DNA of 64,000 nt, from IMG/VR virus record IMGVR_UViG_3300013114_000098; one strand, 5' to 3'. A program made the position numbers and the translations under genes. This document shows positions 26,991 to 38,076 of the stretch, piece by piece (positions within the stretch are counted from its first letter, which is position 1; every line of letters begins with the position of its first letter). The notes below the pieces were generated by a model, which saw only the letters and a list, made by a program, of their open reading frames with translations, was not told where the DNA came from and ran no database searches. This DNA is from a virus.

Positions 26991-28912
26991 TATGTTTCAT
27001 ACCTTATAATTACAATTCCAGAGCCGCCGGCACCGCCATTACCATTACCGTGAGCGCCACCACCTCCTCCACCGCCAGTATTAGCACCGCCATTACCTGC
27101 TGTAGCAGTACTGCTGGCACCATTACCACCTGCGTTTCTTGCTGTACCACCACCGGTACCACCACTAGAAGATTCAGCAGATCCGCCTCCTCCTCCGCCT
27201 TCGCCGCCGTTGCCGGCCGCGGAACACATACCGCCGCCTCCGCCGCCACCTGCATAAAAGTATCCGTTTCCATCTAAATTCCATAGTTCGCCACCACCGC
27301 CACCGCCAGATGGGCCACCTTGAGCTCCATCTCCACCGACAGCCGCTTTACCGCCACCGCCTCCTGCCGCGTGGCATCCTGTTTGGTTTCCGTTACCACC
27401 ATTATTACCTTGACCTGCTGTACCTTGACCTGGCGTACCAGATGATGCTCCTGTACTATGTCCTTCACCACCACCTGAACCACCAGCGGCGCCTGTACCA
27501 TATCCTGATCCGCCACCGCCTCCACCAATTGCTGTAGCAATGCTTCCAAAAGAAGTGTTGCCACCATTACCTGCTACACCATTTGTATGTGTAGAACCCG
27601 AGCCGCCACCGCCAATAGATATTACGTGAGCTCCTGTACTAATAGTATAATTTGTTGCTGTTAACATACCACCAGCACCACCGCCACCACCAATGTGGCT
27701 TCCTCCGCCACCTCCGCCTGCGACAACTAGGTAATCAATAGGACCTCCTGTTGTAACAGTAAATGTTCCTGATGATGTAAATGTGTGCATAGTATAACTT
27801 CCATATGTTGATGTAGTGCCACCCGATGCTGAACCACCCCATCCGCCATATAAATCTCCTTCGCCCTCTCCTATATTACTCCAAATATTATTATTAGTTG
27901 TAGCATCGGTACAAACATAAGATTCACCAGAAGAAGAATTAATCCAAAGATGTCCTACTGCTGATGGGTTAGCTGTTATAGTTGGGTCTGAAGATGATAC
28001 TGTAGCATCTGTTAAACTAGCAAGTGTTGATGAACCTGATGATATACCTGTTAAGGCAGAACCATCTCCAGTAAATGCTGTTGCACTTACGGTTCCTGAT
28101 ACAGTTACACCAGAAGCAGTTGTTTCAATTTTCTTAGAGTTGTCGTAATATAAATCTACAGAGCCATTTACATCTGCTCTGATAAGAACTTCACTACTAG
28201 CTTCGTTTACTACATAAAAGTTACCATTAGTTCTCAATGCTAAATTACCAGTACCTTTATCTTTTATTATGCTATCAGAACCATCATGATAAATATTAAA
28301 ATCATCACCAGTACCCATTTGTATTATACCATTATCAGCAAGAATAATTTCATTAGCACCCATATTAAGATTGCCTGACATAGTTCCGCCAGTTGTCATT
28401 AATGCACCAGATGATGTTACATTTGCTGTATCAGTTACGTCTGCTAAAGTCTCAATAGTATCTAATTTATTCTTTAATGTATTTGTAAAGTTATTTTGAG
28501 TTAATCCGCCGTCACCTACTGAATATGTAGTATCTGTGTAATTACTAGCATGTATAGTACCTGCTGATGCTTGTGCCCAATCAACAATACCAGAAATATT
28601 AGTTAAAGCAGAACCATCTCCAACAAATGAAGTTGCTGTAACTGTACCTGCTGTAAGATTACCTTTAACAAGACTTAAATCTGTGGCATCAACACTATTA
28701 ACTGAGGTTGATCCTAAACTAATTGAATTTATTAAAAGAAACTCATCTGTACTGCTATCTTTAACAAGACCTGCATATGATGTAGCTCCTATTTTACCTA
28801 AAAATCCAACATCAACCGCAGATGATCCGTCTTTGTTCAGTATAAGAAGTGGGTCAGTAAACCCAACCTCTGTACTTATTATGTTAGTTGATTGTATTCC
28901 TCTAAAAGCCAT
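26990..28912 (-). CDS. Tail fibre with glycine-rich (polyglycine sandwich) tip
   Basis: HTFTSSGTF, YLVVAGGGGGG ... GGSGIVIIRY; late promoter at 28936-28944. Confidence 0.8.
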   Translation of the reverse strand: MAFRGIQSTNIISTEVGFTDPLLILNKDGSSAVDVGFLGKIGATSYAGLVKDSSTDEFLLINSISLGSTSVNSVDATDLSLVKGNLTAGTVTATSFVGDGSALTNISGIVDWAQASAGTIHASNYTDTTYSVGDGGLTQNNFTNTLKNKLDTIETLADVTDTANVTSSGALMTTGGTMSGNLNMGANEIILADNGIIQMGTGDDFNIYHDGSDSIIKDKGTGNLALRTNGNFYVVNEASSEVLIRADVNGSVDLYYDNSKKIETTASGVTVSGTVSATAFTGDGSALTGISSGSSTLASLTDATVSSSDPTITANPSAVGHLWINSSSGESYVCTDATTNNNIWSNIGEGEGDLYGGWGGSASGGTTSTYGSYTMHTFTSSGTFTVTTGGPIDYLVVAGGGGGGSHIGGGGGAGGMLTATNYTISTGAHVISIGGGGSGSTHTNGVAGNGGNTSFGSIATAIGGGGGGSGYGTGAAGGSGGGEGHSTGASSGTPGQGTAGQGNNGGNGNQTGCHAAGGGGGKAAVGGDGAQGGPSGGGGGGELWNLDGNGYFYAGGGGGGGMCSAAGNGGEGGGGGGSAESSSGGTGGGTARNAGGNGASSTATAGNGGANTGGGGGGGAHGNGNGGAGGSGIVIIRYET

Positions 28913-28953
28913 TTGCTATTCCTTTAATTATAATAGTATTTATCGAATAGCCA

Positions 28954-28982
28954 TAAAAAAGCAGGGTATTTCTACCCTGCTT
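28954..28982 (-). terminator. Intrinsic terminator
   Basis: agcagggta-tttc-taccctgct with an A6 run (U-tract on the minus strand). Confidence 0.8.
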
Positions 28983-29003
28983 GATTATTTTGTAATTAAA
29001 TAA

Positions 29004-30278
29004 TTACTTAGCTTTAAGTTCTGCTACTTGTGCTGAAAGTTCTTTAACAGCTTCAATTAATAGACCTGTAATGTTACCATAAGCAACACTCTTAAGTCCG
29101 TTAACGTCTGTATGAACCGCTTCTGGAAGTACTGCTTCAAGTTCATGAGCCACAACACCTGTTGAGGTTGAACCATCTTCAATACGATCAAAAGTTACAC
29201 CACGGATTGCTTCAACTCTACCTAATGCACCGTCAATTACTTGAATATTAGTTTTCAAGCTCTCATCGGAATAAGCAGTAATGTCACCAGTTGCTGTGAA
29301 GCTACCAGTATATGAACCACTCATTAAGAACTCAGTACCACTTAACGTCATACCGTTGCCGGCTGTGTAAGTTGTATTTGCATCATTTGCATCTGCATAG
29401 TTTTGAGCCGCTGTTTGAGCCGCTGCAATTGCCGCTGTTACTGATGCCGCATAGTTTGCGTCGTCACCTAATGCTGCCGCTAGTTCGTTCAACGTATCCA
29501 GTGTACCTGGAGCTGAATCTACTAGGTTAGCTACTGAAGTATCAGTGTAAGCATTTGCTGTTGTAACTGCGTCTGCTTCAGCTGTATCTGCGTAAGTTTG
29601 TGCAGAAGCTAACGTTGCCGCGTCGCCTGCTGCCCATGCAGTATTTTGTGCTGTAGCAAGAGCTGTATTAGCCGCTGCCGCTGTTGCTTCTGCCGCCGCT
29701 TGTGCCGCATTTGCTTTAGAAGTTGCATCTGCCGCCGCTGTAGCAATTGCGTCTGCTTCTGCAGTATCTGCATAAGACTGTAACGAAGTTGTTTGAGCTG
29801 TATCAGCCGCTAACCACGCCGCATTAACTGCTAGGTCTGCGTTTGTTGCGAATGCCTGAGCATTTGCTTGAGCTGTATCTGCTTTGGTAGTTGCATCTGC
29901 CGCTGCTGTTGTAACAGTTGCCGCATCTCCCGACGTAATAGCTGCCGCATTAACAGCATCCGCCGCATCTACGTATGTAGTTGCCGCTTTTGTGCCAATA
30001 CTTGCAGTGATTGTTGCCGAAAAGTTTGCATCATCGCCTAGTGCTGCCGCAAGTTCGTTGAGTGTATCTAACGTACCTGGAGCTGAATCTACTAAACTTG
30101 CAATCTCAGCATCGACATAACCTTTACTTGCACCATCGCTACTTGCTGTTGCCGCTGCAACATTTAGGATTTTATTACCATCCATATCAATTGTGCCGCC
30201 CATTGTCAAGTTAGCTAATAGCTCAGAAGCATCGTCAGTTTTAAAACCACCGTCAATTATAAATTTTCTTTGTGCCAT
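29004..30278 (-). CDS. Ala-rich tail fibre with S74 chaperone
   Basis: Two DSAPGTLDTLNELAAALGDDAN units; GDITAYSD.SLK.NI; KSVAYGN. Confidence 0.85.
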   Translation of the reverse strand: MAQRKFIIDGGFKTDDASELLANLTMGGTIDMDGNKILNVAAATASSDGASKGYVDAEIASLVDSAPGTLDTLNELAAALGDDANFSATITASIGTKAATTYVDAADAVNAAAITSGDAATVTTAAADATTKADTAQANAQAFATNADLAVNAAWLAADTAQTTSLQSYADTAEADAIATAAADATSKANAAQAAAEATAAAANTALATAQNTAWAAGDAATLASAQTYADTAEADAVTTANAYTDTSVANLVDSAPGTLDTLNELAAALGDDANYAASVTAAIAAAQTAAQNYADANDANTTYTAGNGMTLSGTEFLMSGSYTGSFTATGDITAYSDESLKTNIQVIDGALGRVEAIRGVTFDRIEDGSTSTGVVAHELEAVLPEAVHTDVNGLKSVAYGNITGLLIEAVKELSAQVAELKAK

Positions 30279-30303
30279 TTTATTGACTCCTTCTTAATTT
30301 AGA

Positions 30304-32925
30304 TTACACATCAATGTAAGTTGCGATAACTTTCACTGTTGCTGATCCTGTTGTTGGTGTATACTGTAGTAGAACATCACTGCCCGACATAGTAACACTT
30401 GCATCACCAATTAAGTCTGCTCCGGTATAAACCATTGCGTACTCAGTGATGTATGCAGTCGTACCATCGTGTACAACTAATGCTTCTCTTGATTCGTAGT
30501 TACCTGCACCGTCGTCAACTTGCATGATATATTTTGCTGAACGGTATGTACCGCCTGCAAAAGTATCAATTGTAGTTGCACCTGTTACTGCAACGTCAGA
30601 TCCTTGTACATACGCCTTAACGTCTGTGCCCGCGATTTGAGTTGATGTTACAGAACCTGCCTGTAATACTGGTACTGAAGCTACTGCTGGGTTAATTACA
30701 ACCGCCTGCGTTCCTGTTGGAATGTTTGACGTAAATGTAATTGATGAACCAGTAATAGTATAGTGAGTTGTTGGATCTTGAATAACACCACCTACAAACA
30801 CATAAGCATGGCTTTGTGAGCCTGTGAAGCCTAGTGCGTAAGTTGCTACTCCTGAACCGTTTATTACTACACGATTCTGACTGCCCCAAACAACTACTGC
30901 TGGATCTACAAGTTCCATCGCTGTTGCGCCGGAATTAACTTGTAAAACGTAATCAGCTTTTGCTGTAAATGTATTATCAGTTACGTCAGTTAGCTCTAAT
31001 AGAGCTGCCGCCGCATCACCAACTATCCATTCGCTGCCATCATGCTTTAAGAACTTACCTGAAGCTGCACCTGTTGTGTCAACATCTGCAAGATCTCCAA
31101 CGCCTGCTAAAGCAATACGTGCATCTGCTACTGTGATTCCACGTGCAGTTGTCCAATATAAATTTGAAGCTTCTGCAACGTCGTCAGTATCTAATGCTGA
31201 GATTGTGTTGTTAATTGTTGTAACTTGACCATCTACGTATGTTTTGTTAGCCGCATCACCGCCTGCTGCCGGAGCTGCAAGACCTGTAATTGAGTTTGAA
31301 CCCATTGCAATGTTGCCAGTCATTGTACCACCAGCTAAAGCTAGTTTCGTTGCTAGATTTGTTGTCATTGTACCTGCGAAGTTAGCGTCATCATTTAATG
31401 ATGCGGCTAGTTCGTTCAATGTATCTAGAGCCGCTGGTGCCGCGTCAATAACCGCTGCAACTTGAGCATCTACATATGTTTCTGTAGCATATGAGTTTGT
31501 ACCTAAGTACGATGCAACACGTGCATCTGTGTAGTATAAGTTACCTGAACCTTCTGTTAGGTCATCAGTATCTTTTGTAGCAAGACGTGCATCAAAGTTA
31601 GCGTCTTTGTATGTTACTACACCGAACGCACCAGTAGTTGAGTTATAAGTTAAATCACCTGTTGCCGAAAGGGCACCACGTGCTAACGCCTCAATTGCTG
31701 AGTTTGTACGCTCTGTATAAGACATAACACCAGTTGTTGCATTATATGCCAACGAACCGGATGCACTTATTGAGCTACGTGCTCTTGCTGTTGTAAAGTA
31801 CAAGTTTGTACCTTCACTTAAATCATCAGTATCTAATGCCGCAATACCCGCATTAAAGTCTGCTGTATCAAAGTGATCAGCTGTTGTAAATGATGAGCTT
31901 CCACCATCCCAAACGATTGTGTTACCGCCTGCGATTCCTGAAATATCAACATCTGAAAGATCACCAACCGATGCTCCAGCAATAACTGCGTTTGCACGAG
32001 CATTTGTAAAGTATAAGTTGCTTGAACCTTCTGATAAATCGTCTGAATCAGCTGCTGCTAACTTTGTATCAAACGCCGCATTTGCACGAGCGTCTGTGTA
32101 GTATAGGTTTGTTGAACCTTCTGATAAATCATCAGTGTCAGCCGCTGCAATTGCTGTATTGAAACGTGCTTGTGTCCAATATAGGTTGCTTGAACCTTCT
32201 GATAAATCGTCAGTGTCGTGGTTAGCAATTGATGAAACTGTACCAGTTACTGTACCAGTTATGCTACCAAGAAATGAACCTGATGTGTATAGGTTTTCTG
32301 CACCTATTGACCATCTGTCATTTGTTTCGTCCCAGATAAACGACTTGTCGCCATCTGATCCACGCTCAACTGTAATACCTGCGTCTATTGTACCCGTTGT
32401 TGCGTCTTTGTTTAATACAAGGATGTTATCAGAAATTTCAACTGTAGTTGAGTTAACTGATGTAGTTGTACCTTGAACTGTTAAGTCACCACCAACAATC
32501 ATGTTACCAGAAGTTGTCACGGTAGCTGATGTGATGTCATCTGTTGTTAATGTACCGTCAACTGCTACGTTGTTAAACGTAACGTTGTCTGTAGTAGCAA
32601 CAGCCTGACCAATTGAGATAGCTCCACCTGCAACAGCAACACCTGTGCCGCCTGTTACATAGCCGTCTACTGAAGTACGCACACGTGCGTCTGTAAAGTA
32701 AACATTGGTAGAACCTTCACTTAAATTATCAGTATCATAAGAACCAATTAGATTAGCTGAGGTGATTTTTTTCAAAGCACCGTTTGCTGAATCATGAACC
32801 ATTAATTCGTCTGCTCCAATAAGTGATGTAACAGCTGAGTGGCCTGAAACTGCTGTAACGTCTAGCTTGGCTGTGATAACTGCCTGATCCGCAAGAGCAG
32901 GAGTTTTAATTTGTCTAAAAGCCAT
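30304..32925 (-). CDS. Long tail fibre / virion structural protein
   Basis: Repeated DTDDLSEG..NLY.T.AR units; C-terminal YRSAKYIMQV domain; start MAFRQIK after GGAG. Confidence 0.8.
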   Translation of the reverse strand: MAFRQIKTPALADQAVITAKLDVTAVSGHSAVTSLIGADELMVHDSANGALKKITSANLIGSYDTDNLSEGSTNVYFTDARVRTSVDGYVTGGTGVAVAGGAISIGQAVATTDNVTFNNVAVDGTLTTDDITSATVTTSGNMIVGGDLTVQGTTTSVNSTTVEISDNILVLNKDATTGTIDAGITVERGSDGDKSFIWDETNDRWSIGAENLYTSGSFLGSITGTVTGTVSSIANHDTDDLSEGSSNLYWTQARFNTAIAAADTDDLSEGSTNLYYTDARANAAFDTKLAAADSDDLSEGSSNLYFTNARANAVIAGASVGDLSDVDISGIAGGNTIVWDGGSSSFTTADHFDTADFNAGIAALDTDDLSEGTNLYFTTARARSSISASGSLAYNATTGVMSYTERTNSAIEALARGALSATGDLTYNSTTGAFGVVTYKDANFDARLATKDTDDLTEGSGNLYYTDARVASYLGTNSYATETYVDAQVAAVIDAAPAALDTLNELAASLNDDANFAGTMTTNLATKLALAGGTMTGNIAMGSNSITGLAAPAAGGDAANKTYVDGQVTTINNTISALDTDDVAEASNLYWTTARGITVADARIALAGVGDLADVDTTGAASGKFLKHDGSEWIVGDAAAALLELTDVTDNTFTAKADYVLQVNSGATAMELVDPAVVVWGSQNRVVINGSGVATYALGFTGSQSHAYVFVGGVIQDPTTHYTITGSSITFTSNIPTGTQAVVINPAVASVPVLQAGSVTSTQIAGTDVKAYVQGSDVAVTGATTIDTFAGGTYRSAKYIMQVDDGAGNYESREALVVHDGTTAYITEYAMVYTGADLIGDASVTMSGSDVLLQYTPTTGSATVKVIATYIDV

Positions 32926-33151
32926 ATAGATTTCTCCAATCAAATATATTTGATTTCCCTATAATCTATATAAGGAAAAGGTTAAGTGTGGTATATGAAC
33001 TCCACATTTAACACTACGCAAGTATGAGTAAAATTCTTTTCTTATAAACATACTTACGTTACACAGGTCGTAAAACCTTGTGCAAGTGTATTTACCTATA
33101 TTTGAGTGGAATTAACTTATTTGAGAACTAGGATTTTAAAAAAATATTTCC

Positions 33152-34696
33152 CTAGATTGGGAAATATCTAAAGTCAACTGTAGCACTATTTGCTGGTGCA
33201 GTTGACATTGTTAGTGTCGAGCCTAGTATACTATATTCTGATGGTTGCAATATTAATCCATCGACTATAACTAACATACTATGAACAGTATGTCCTGATT
33301 GTATAGTATATTGTGTAGTACTATTGTTTCCGGTATACTGGTCACTAGTATATATCAAATCTAAGTGTTGGTTTTCTACAGAGTTATTTACTAAACTTAC
33401 ATTTGTTGCATTCGGATATCTATACTTAACATATATGTTATCATCAATAGCAGGAGTTTCATTAAATGTTAATGTAGTTCCGGCTAATGAATAAATGCTT
33501 GGACGTTGCAAAACGTCATTTACATAAACGTCAATTGATTCTTCATCTGCTGGTGAATCTGTTAATGTAAAGTCTACAGTTGATCCATCACCTGTAAAGT
33601 CTTGAGAAGTAGGAATAGAGTTAGATGTAATACTATTATTTGTAAATGAGAAGTTACCATTACCATCTGTTTGTAATACTTGTCCAACTGTACCATCAGC
33701 TATGCCAAGGTCTAATAAATCACTAATATCACTAGCAATTGTTATACCTTGTGAACCTGGAGTAGTAACCGGAGTAATTGTAATGTTATTACCAGCACGT
33801 ATATCAATTTCATCAACACCTGACGCAACAATATCAGTTGCTGTTGTATCTGTTGCAGTATCATAGACATGCCACGTTTTAAATGTTGACTCAAGTTTTA
33901 CTGTTACTGTACCGTCTGCATTGTCTGTAAGTGCAAACCCACCGTCTACGTCAAATTTTAATCCTGTTACATTTGATACTGATACATTTGATACTGGGTC
34001 ATTAATTTCACTAACTGTAAGTTGTTGAGCTACTAAGGCCGCGTTTGTTGCTAAGTCTGCCGTCTGGAATGACGAAACAATTTCTGTTAATGAATCTAGT
34101 GTTGCTGGATCTGTATTTGATAGTATGTCATCTATTTGCGATTGTAAGTTGCTTATAGCACTACTTGAACTTACTCCAAATAGTCCAGTATATGTAGCAC
34201 CTGTAATATAAACACTTTTACCAGTAAAGTTTACACCATTAGGTAAGTTATCACCAATAAAGTTTAATACACCACTTTGATAATCAAAGAACCATTCGTC
34301 GTTGTTACCACTACCAGTAGTAAATACTTTGTTGCTTAAACTTTCAGCACCTGCTGAATCACCAGCAGTGTGAATATAAACATTTACTAAGTAAGTACTA
34401 CCAAATTCTGTTGGAATCCAATCTGTAAGTCCTGTTTTCCAAGTTCTATTAGTTGATGCTGTAATATCTGCTGTTGCTTCTACTGCTGTTTGTAAAGTTA
34501 CTACACCACTTGTTGTTCCAGGTTTTACTGCTGGAATATTACCTGCTTCAGCCCAAACTTTATCACCACGTAATAAAAGTGGACTTGGTATGCTTTCATT
34601 AGCCGCTAATTTATTAAAAACTGTATCTGTTTTAGAAGCGCCGAAACCGACCTTCTTAAATAAATAATCTAATTTTTGATTATCAGAGATTGCCAT
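33152..34696 (-). CDS. Virion structural protein
   Basis: WFFDYQSGVLNF; FTGDGST..F.L...DVYVN.VLQ.P repeats; in the fibre cluster. Confidence 0.7.
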   Translation of the reverse strand: MAISDNQKLDYLFKKVGFGASKTDTVFNKLAANESIPSPLLLRGDKVWAEAGNIPAVKPGTTSGVVTLQTAVEATADITASTNRTWKTGLTDWIPTEFGSTYLVNVYIHTAGDSAGAESLSNKVFTTGSGNNDEWFFDYQSGVLNFIGDNLPNGVNFTGKSVYITGATYTGLFGVSSSSAISNLQSQIDDILSNTDPATLDSLTEIVSSFQTADLATNAALVAQQLTVSEINDPVSNVSVSNVTGLKFDVDGGFALTDNADGTVTVKLESTFKTWHVYDTATDTTATDIVASGVDEIDIRAGNNITITPVTTPGSQGITIASDISDLLDLGIADGTVGQVLQTDGNGNFSFTNNSITSNSIPTSQDFTGDGSTVDFTLTDSPADEESIDVYVNDVLQRPSIYSLAGTTLTFNETPAIDDNIYVKYRYPNATNVSLVNNSVENQHLDLIYTSDQYTGNNSTTQYTIQSGHTVHSMLVIVDGLILQPSEYSILGSTLTMSTAPANSATVDFRYFPI

Positions 34697-37284
34697 TAAC
34701 TAGCCTCTCCTATTGATAGCCCTGTAATTTCTTTACCGGCTGATAGTGCAATTCTAACTAATACAACATTATCAGTTGCATTACTCATATTCTCACTACC
34801 TAATGTCATTGTATAACTTGAATTAATACTTGAACCTGTTGGAACAACGTCTGCACCTGTTAATGCACAACCGTTTGATCCATTACCACCGTTACCTGTA
34901 TCACTACCTGGTACGCCAGCACCTGCATATTGAGATGTACATTCAAGCCAACCGTTTAAACCACTAGCACTATCAATAGCAGTGCCTGGTGCCGCTATCC
35001 ACATACCTGCTATACCATTTGAATTAATATCTATATCAAAGTTAGCAACAACTTGTCTGCGGAATGCAAATGTAAAATATTGTGTTCCTGTATCTGCACT
35101 TCTATTTGGCCCTACTGGCAAATAGCCAGTTGATAAATCTGTTACAAAATGTTTTATATCTCCCCATCTAGTAGTTGCTTCTTGTGTTCCTTCAACTGCA
35201 ACTGCTCCATTAAATAAACTGTTTGTATAAAAATTAGTACTACTAGTATACGAAGGTGTGTCTGTTGTTTCTGAAAGGAAGTCTGAAATTCTTTTACCGT
35301 CATCTGTGTAAGTACCATTTCCTAAACTATTTGCAACTGATATATCTTCTTCATCTATACCACTTGGACTTGCTGTATGTACTTGAATTAGTGTTGTATT
35401 ATCTACATCAAATGAACCTGATCCATTTGAGTTTTTTGCTCTCATTTTAATTGACTGAATTGATCTTCTTGAACTTGTTGTAATTGGTAGAGTTAATGCT
35501 GTTATTGCATATGGTGTTCCTACGCCTGTGTCAGCAATTGGGGTTCCACTACTAAGCATAGTTGACGCACCATCTATATTGCTGTATGTAAAATCTAAAT
35601 TATTAATAACATCGCCACTTGTACCTTCTTGGTTTATTGCACCTTCAACTTCAACTGGACTTGATGTGTTTTGATATGTTTGTCCTACAAAATTTTCTAC
35701 TGTACTTCCTGTAAGAGTTAAACTAGGTGAACCTGTATTATAATATGGTATACCTGAAATAAATCTAAAAGTTCCTGGAACGTTTTCTGTAATAGTTCCA
35801 ATTACACTAGTAGGTGTTGCTGTTAATGTATCTTTAACAAACTCAACAGTATTAGTTGCACCTGTTGTACTATGATTTAACTGCATACTGTTTACACCAT
35901 TGCTTATACCTGAAGCTGATGTTGATACTTTTGCTTTAAATCCTTTGTATAATCCTGGGTGGTATATGCTATTTGCAAAACTTGTACTTGTTCCACCTGC
36001 ATTTAATAAATTATAATCTTCTTCATCAGTTACTGTTAAACTAGCATTTGATCCAGTTTCATTACCACTAGTAAATGCTATGCTACCGTCTACTGCATTA
36101 TTAACTTTTGCTTCTAATGTTCCTGCATCAGCATCATATGCATATGAAGTAATTACATCACTCTCAATATTACCTGCTGTTGCTGTTACCCTTTTAACAC
36201 TGCTACCAGCAGTTAAACTAGTACCTGGAGTATTATCTGTGAAACTTGCCGCTAAGTATGGAGATGATCCTGTTGTATCACTAAATGATAATGTTTTAGC
36301 ACTTAACCCATTGGGTGCAGTTGGCGAACTAGCATAAACTTTTAACTGTTTTGTAGTTGAATCGGGAATAGAGGAAGGTAATGCTGTACTATGCGTTAGC
36401 AAAGTTAATGTAACTGTATCCCTAGATGTTCCTGATGATGTACTTGGAGCCCATGTATGCAATAATCTTGCACCATTGACTCCTCCATCTGCAGAATCAC
36501 TAGCAATGTTATCAACAGATGAGCCATCACCCCAATCCATTGAATATGTTACATCTGCACTACTTGTGTTAGTAGTATCGTTTTCTAAGTATAAATTATC
36601 ACCTTCAACAACATACAAATTGTTGCCTGTTAATGCTGATCCGCCTGTTGCATTTCTATACAACTCCATAACTGCGTTTGGATCACTTGTAAAAATAGTA
36701 ATGTAGTCTTGCCTTAATTTACTTGATGTTGAGCCTGTTCCTACACCTGCATTGTTAAATGCAGTAACAGTAACATCAAATGGGCTACCTGAGTTGGTAG
36801 CGTAAGTATGTGAGGGAGTAGAATCGGAAGTAGCTGTAGTTGAATTGCCATCACCCCAATCTACGGTATATCTATTAGGGTTTCCTGTTGCAGTAATAGT
36901 AAGAGTAGTATTAAGTCCTGCACCACCTGTTGTAGGATTAGCGGTAAAATCCACACCTTTAACAAATGTACTATTTTGTACATTTAACATTGCTTCATTT
37001 AAGTCGTCAATAGCATCACCTACTGTCGTACTTTGAAGCCATCCTTCAATTGCGCCATCTGTCCAACTACTATCTGAACTTACGCCCAATGTTAAATCAA
37101 TGGCACTGCTACCACTGTTTGCTTCGAGGTATGATTTTGTTACAAGGTCTTGTGCATCTACTGGGTCTGATGCGTTTTTAACAATCTTTGCCGAAACATC
37201 GATGTTACTTGCCGCACCTGCGTCCAGTATTAAGTCAGATTCAGATTTGATCTTATCTGCACTATGATTTATATTAATAGCCAA
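34696..37284 (-). CDS. PKD-domain virion structural protein
   Basis: Two Y..DWGDG...HT(Y/W) PKD motifs; TTG start with GAGG RBS. Confidence 0.75.
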   Translation of the reverse strand: MAININHSADKIKSESDLILDAGAASNIDVSAKIVKNASDPVDAQDLVTKSYLEANSGSSAIDLTLGVSSDSSWTDGAIEGWLQSTTVGDAIDDLNEAMLNVQNSTFVKGVDFTANPTTGGAGLNTTLTITATGNPNRYTVDWGDGNSTTATSDSTPSHTYATNSGSPFDVTVTAFNNAGVGTGSTSSKLRQDYITIFTSDPNAVMELYRNATGGSALTGNNLYVVEGDNLYLENDTTNTSSADVTYSMDWGDGSSVDNIASDSADGGVNGARLLHTWAPSTSSGTSRDTVTLTLLTHSTALPSSIPDSTTKQLKVYASSPTAPNGLSAKTLSFSDTTGSSPYLAASFTDNTPGTSLTAGSSVKRVTATAGNIESDVITSYAYDADAGTLEAKVNNAVDGSIAFTSGNETGSNASLTVTDEEDYNLLNAGGTSTSFANSIYHPGLYKGFKAKVSTSASGISNGVNSMQLNHSTTGATNTVEFVKDTLTATPTSVIGTITENVPGTFRFISGIPYYNTGSPSLTLTGSTVENFVGQTYQNTSSPVEVEGAINQEGTSGDVINNLDFTYSNIDGASTMLSSGTPIADTGVGTPYAITALTLPITTSSRRSIQSIKMRAKNSNGSGSFDVDNTTLIQVHTASPSGIDEEDISVANSLGNGTYTDDGKRISDFLSETTDTPSYTSSTNFYTNSLFNGAVAVEGTQEATTRWGDIKHFVTDLSTGYLPVGPNRSADTGTQYFTFAFRRQVVANFDIDINSNGIAGMWIAAPGTAIDSASGLNGWLECTSQYAGAGVPGSDTGNGGNGSNGCALTGADVVPTGSSINSSYTMTLGSENMSNATDNVVLVRIALSAGKEITGLSIGEAS

Positions 37285-37349
37285 CTTCTATTCCTCACAA
37301 TTTCGCCGCTCTTGCGTTTTTGTTTCTATTATTCTTTACTAACGTTGCT

Positions 37350-37949
37350 TTATGCTACGCTAGGTCCATAAACAGAAAGAATAGACCAGCCTGCACTTGT
37401 ATAAATCATCTCTACACTTTGACCAGCTGTTGTGAACGCTACAGTACTGAAACCGTTCGCTGTACTAGGAGTTACAACAACTGTACCGGCTGGTGTCGCT
37501 GTAGTAACTATAACTTTTCTCTCACCCTCTATACCGTTTGATAGTGATAGTGCTAAATCTGTACTTGCGTCTACGTATACTGTGCCTCTAGTATCTAGTG
37601 AAACAGAATTTGTAGCTGACTTTGTTAATATTACTATTTTTTGTAAATACCCAACATTCCATGGATTAGTGTTACTACCTATATTATATTGTATGCCTGA
37701 GTCTATATTAGGTATAACATCGCTACTGATATTGGCATTTAATGTTAAGGAACCGCCTCCGTTACCTAGTGATATAACATCTCCGTTTACAACAAGGGTG
37801 CCTCCGATATACATATTACCGGCCGCATACGTTCCACCTTTATTATAAAGAGATGCACCTACTGGATCAACAGGAGATACGCCAACATCCAATGTGTTGG
37901 TGCTTTCTATAACTAATGTTCCAGAATCTGGATTAATGTGTGATGACAT
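37350..37949 (-). CDS. Hypothetical structural protein
   Basis: 199-aa beta-rich ORF; late promoters at 37972-37980 and 37992-38000. Confidence 0.7.
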   Translation of the reverse strand: MSSHINPDSGTLVIESTNTLDVGVSPVDPVGASLYNKGGTYAAGNMYIGGTLVVNGDVISLGNGGGSLTLNANISSDVIPNIDSGIQYNIGSNTNPWNVGYLQKIVILTKSATNSVSLDTRGTVYVDASTDLALSLSNGIEGERKVIVTTATPAGTVVVTPSTANGFSTVAFTTAGQSVEMIYTSAGWSILSVYGPSVA

Positions 37950-38025
37950 AATACTTTTTTCCTACTACTTCCTATTTATATAATTATATATGTATTTATC
38001 AAAGGTAAGATGTTTTGAACTGTCA

Positions 38026-38063
38026 TAAGAAAAGACACATTAAATTAATAATGCGTCTTTTCC
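38026..38063 (-). terminator. Terminator closing the ncRNA unit
   Basis: gaaaagacgcatta...taatgtgtcttttc followed by tt on the minus strand. Confidence 0.6.
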
Positions 38064-38076
38064 GTTAATAAGTTAA

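Noticed and set aside
27020-27725. High-GC stretch as a possible foreign insertion
   Set aside because: Explained by the polyglycine codons of the fibre tip
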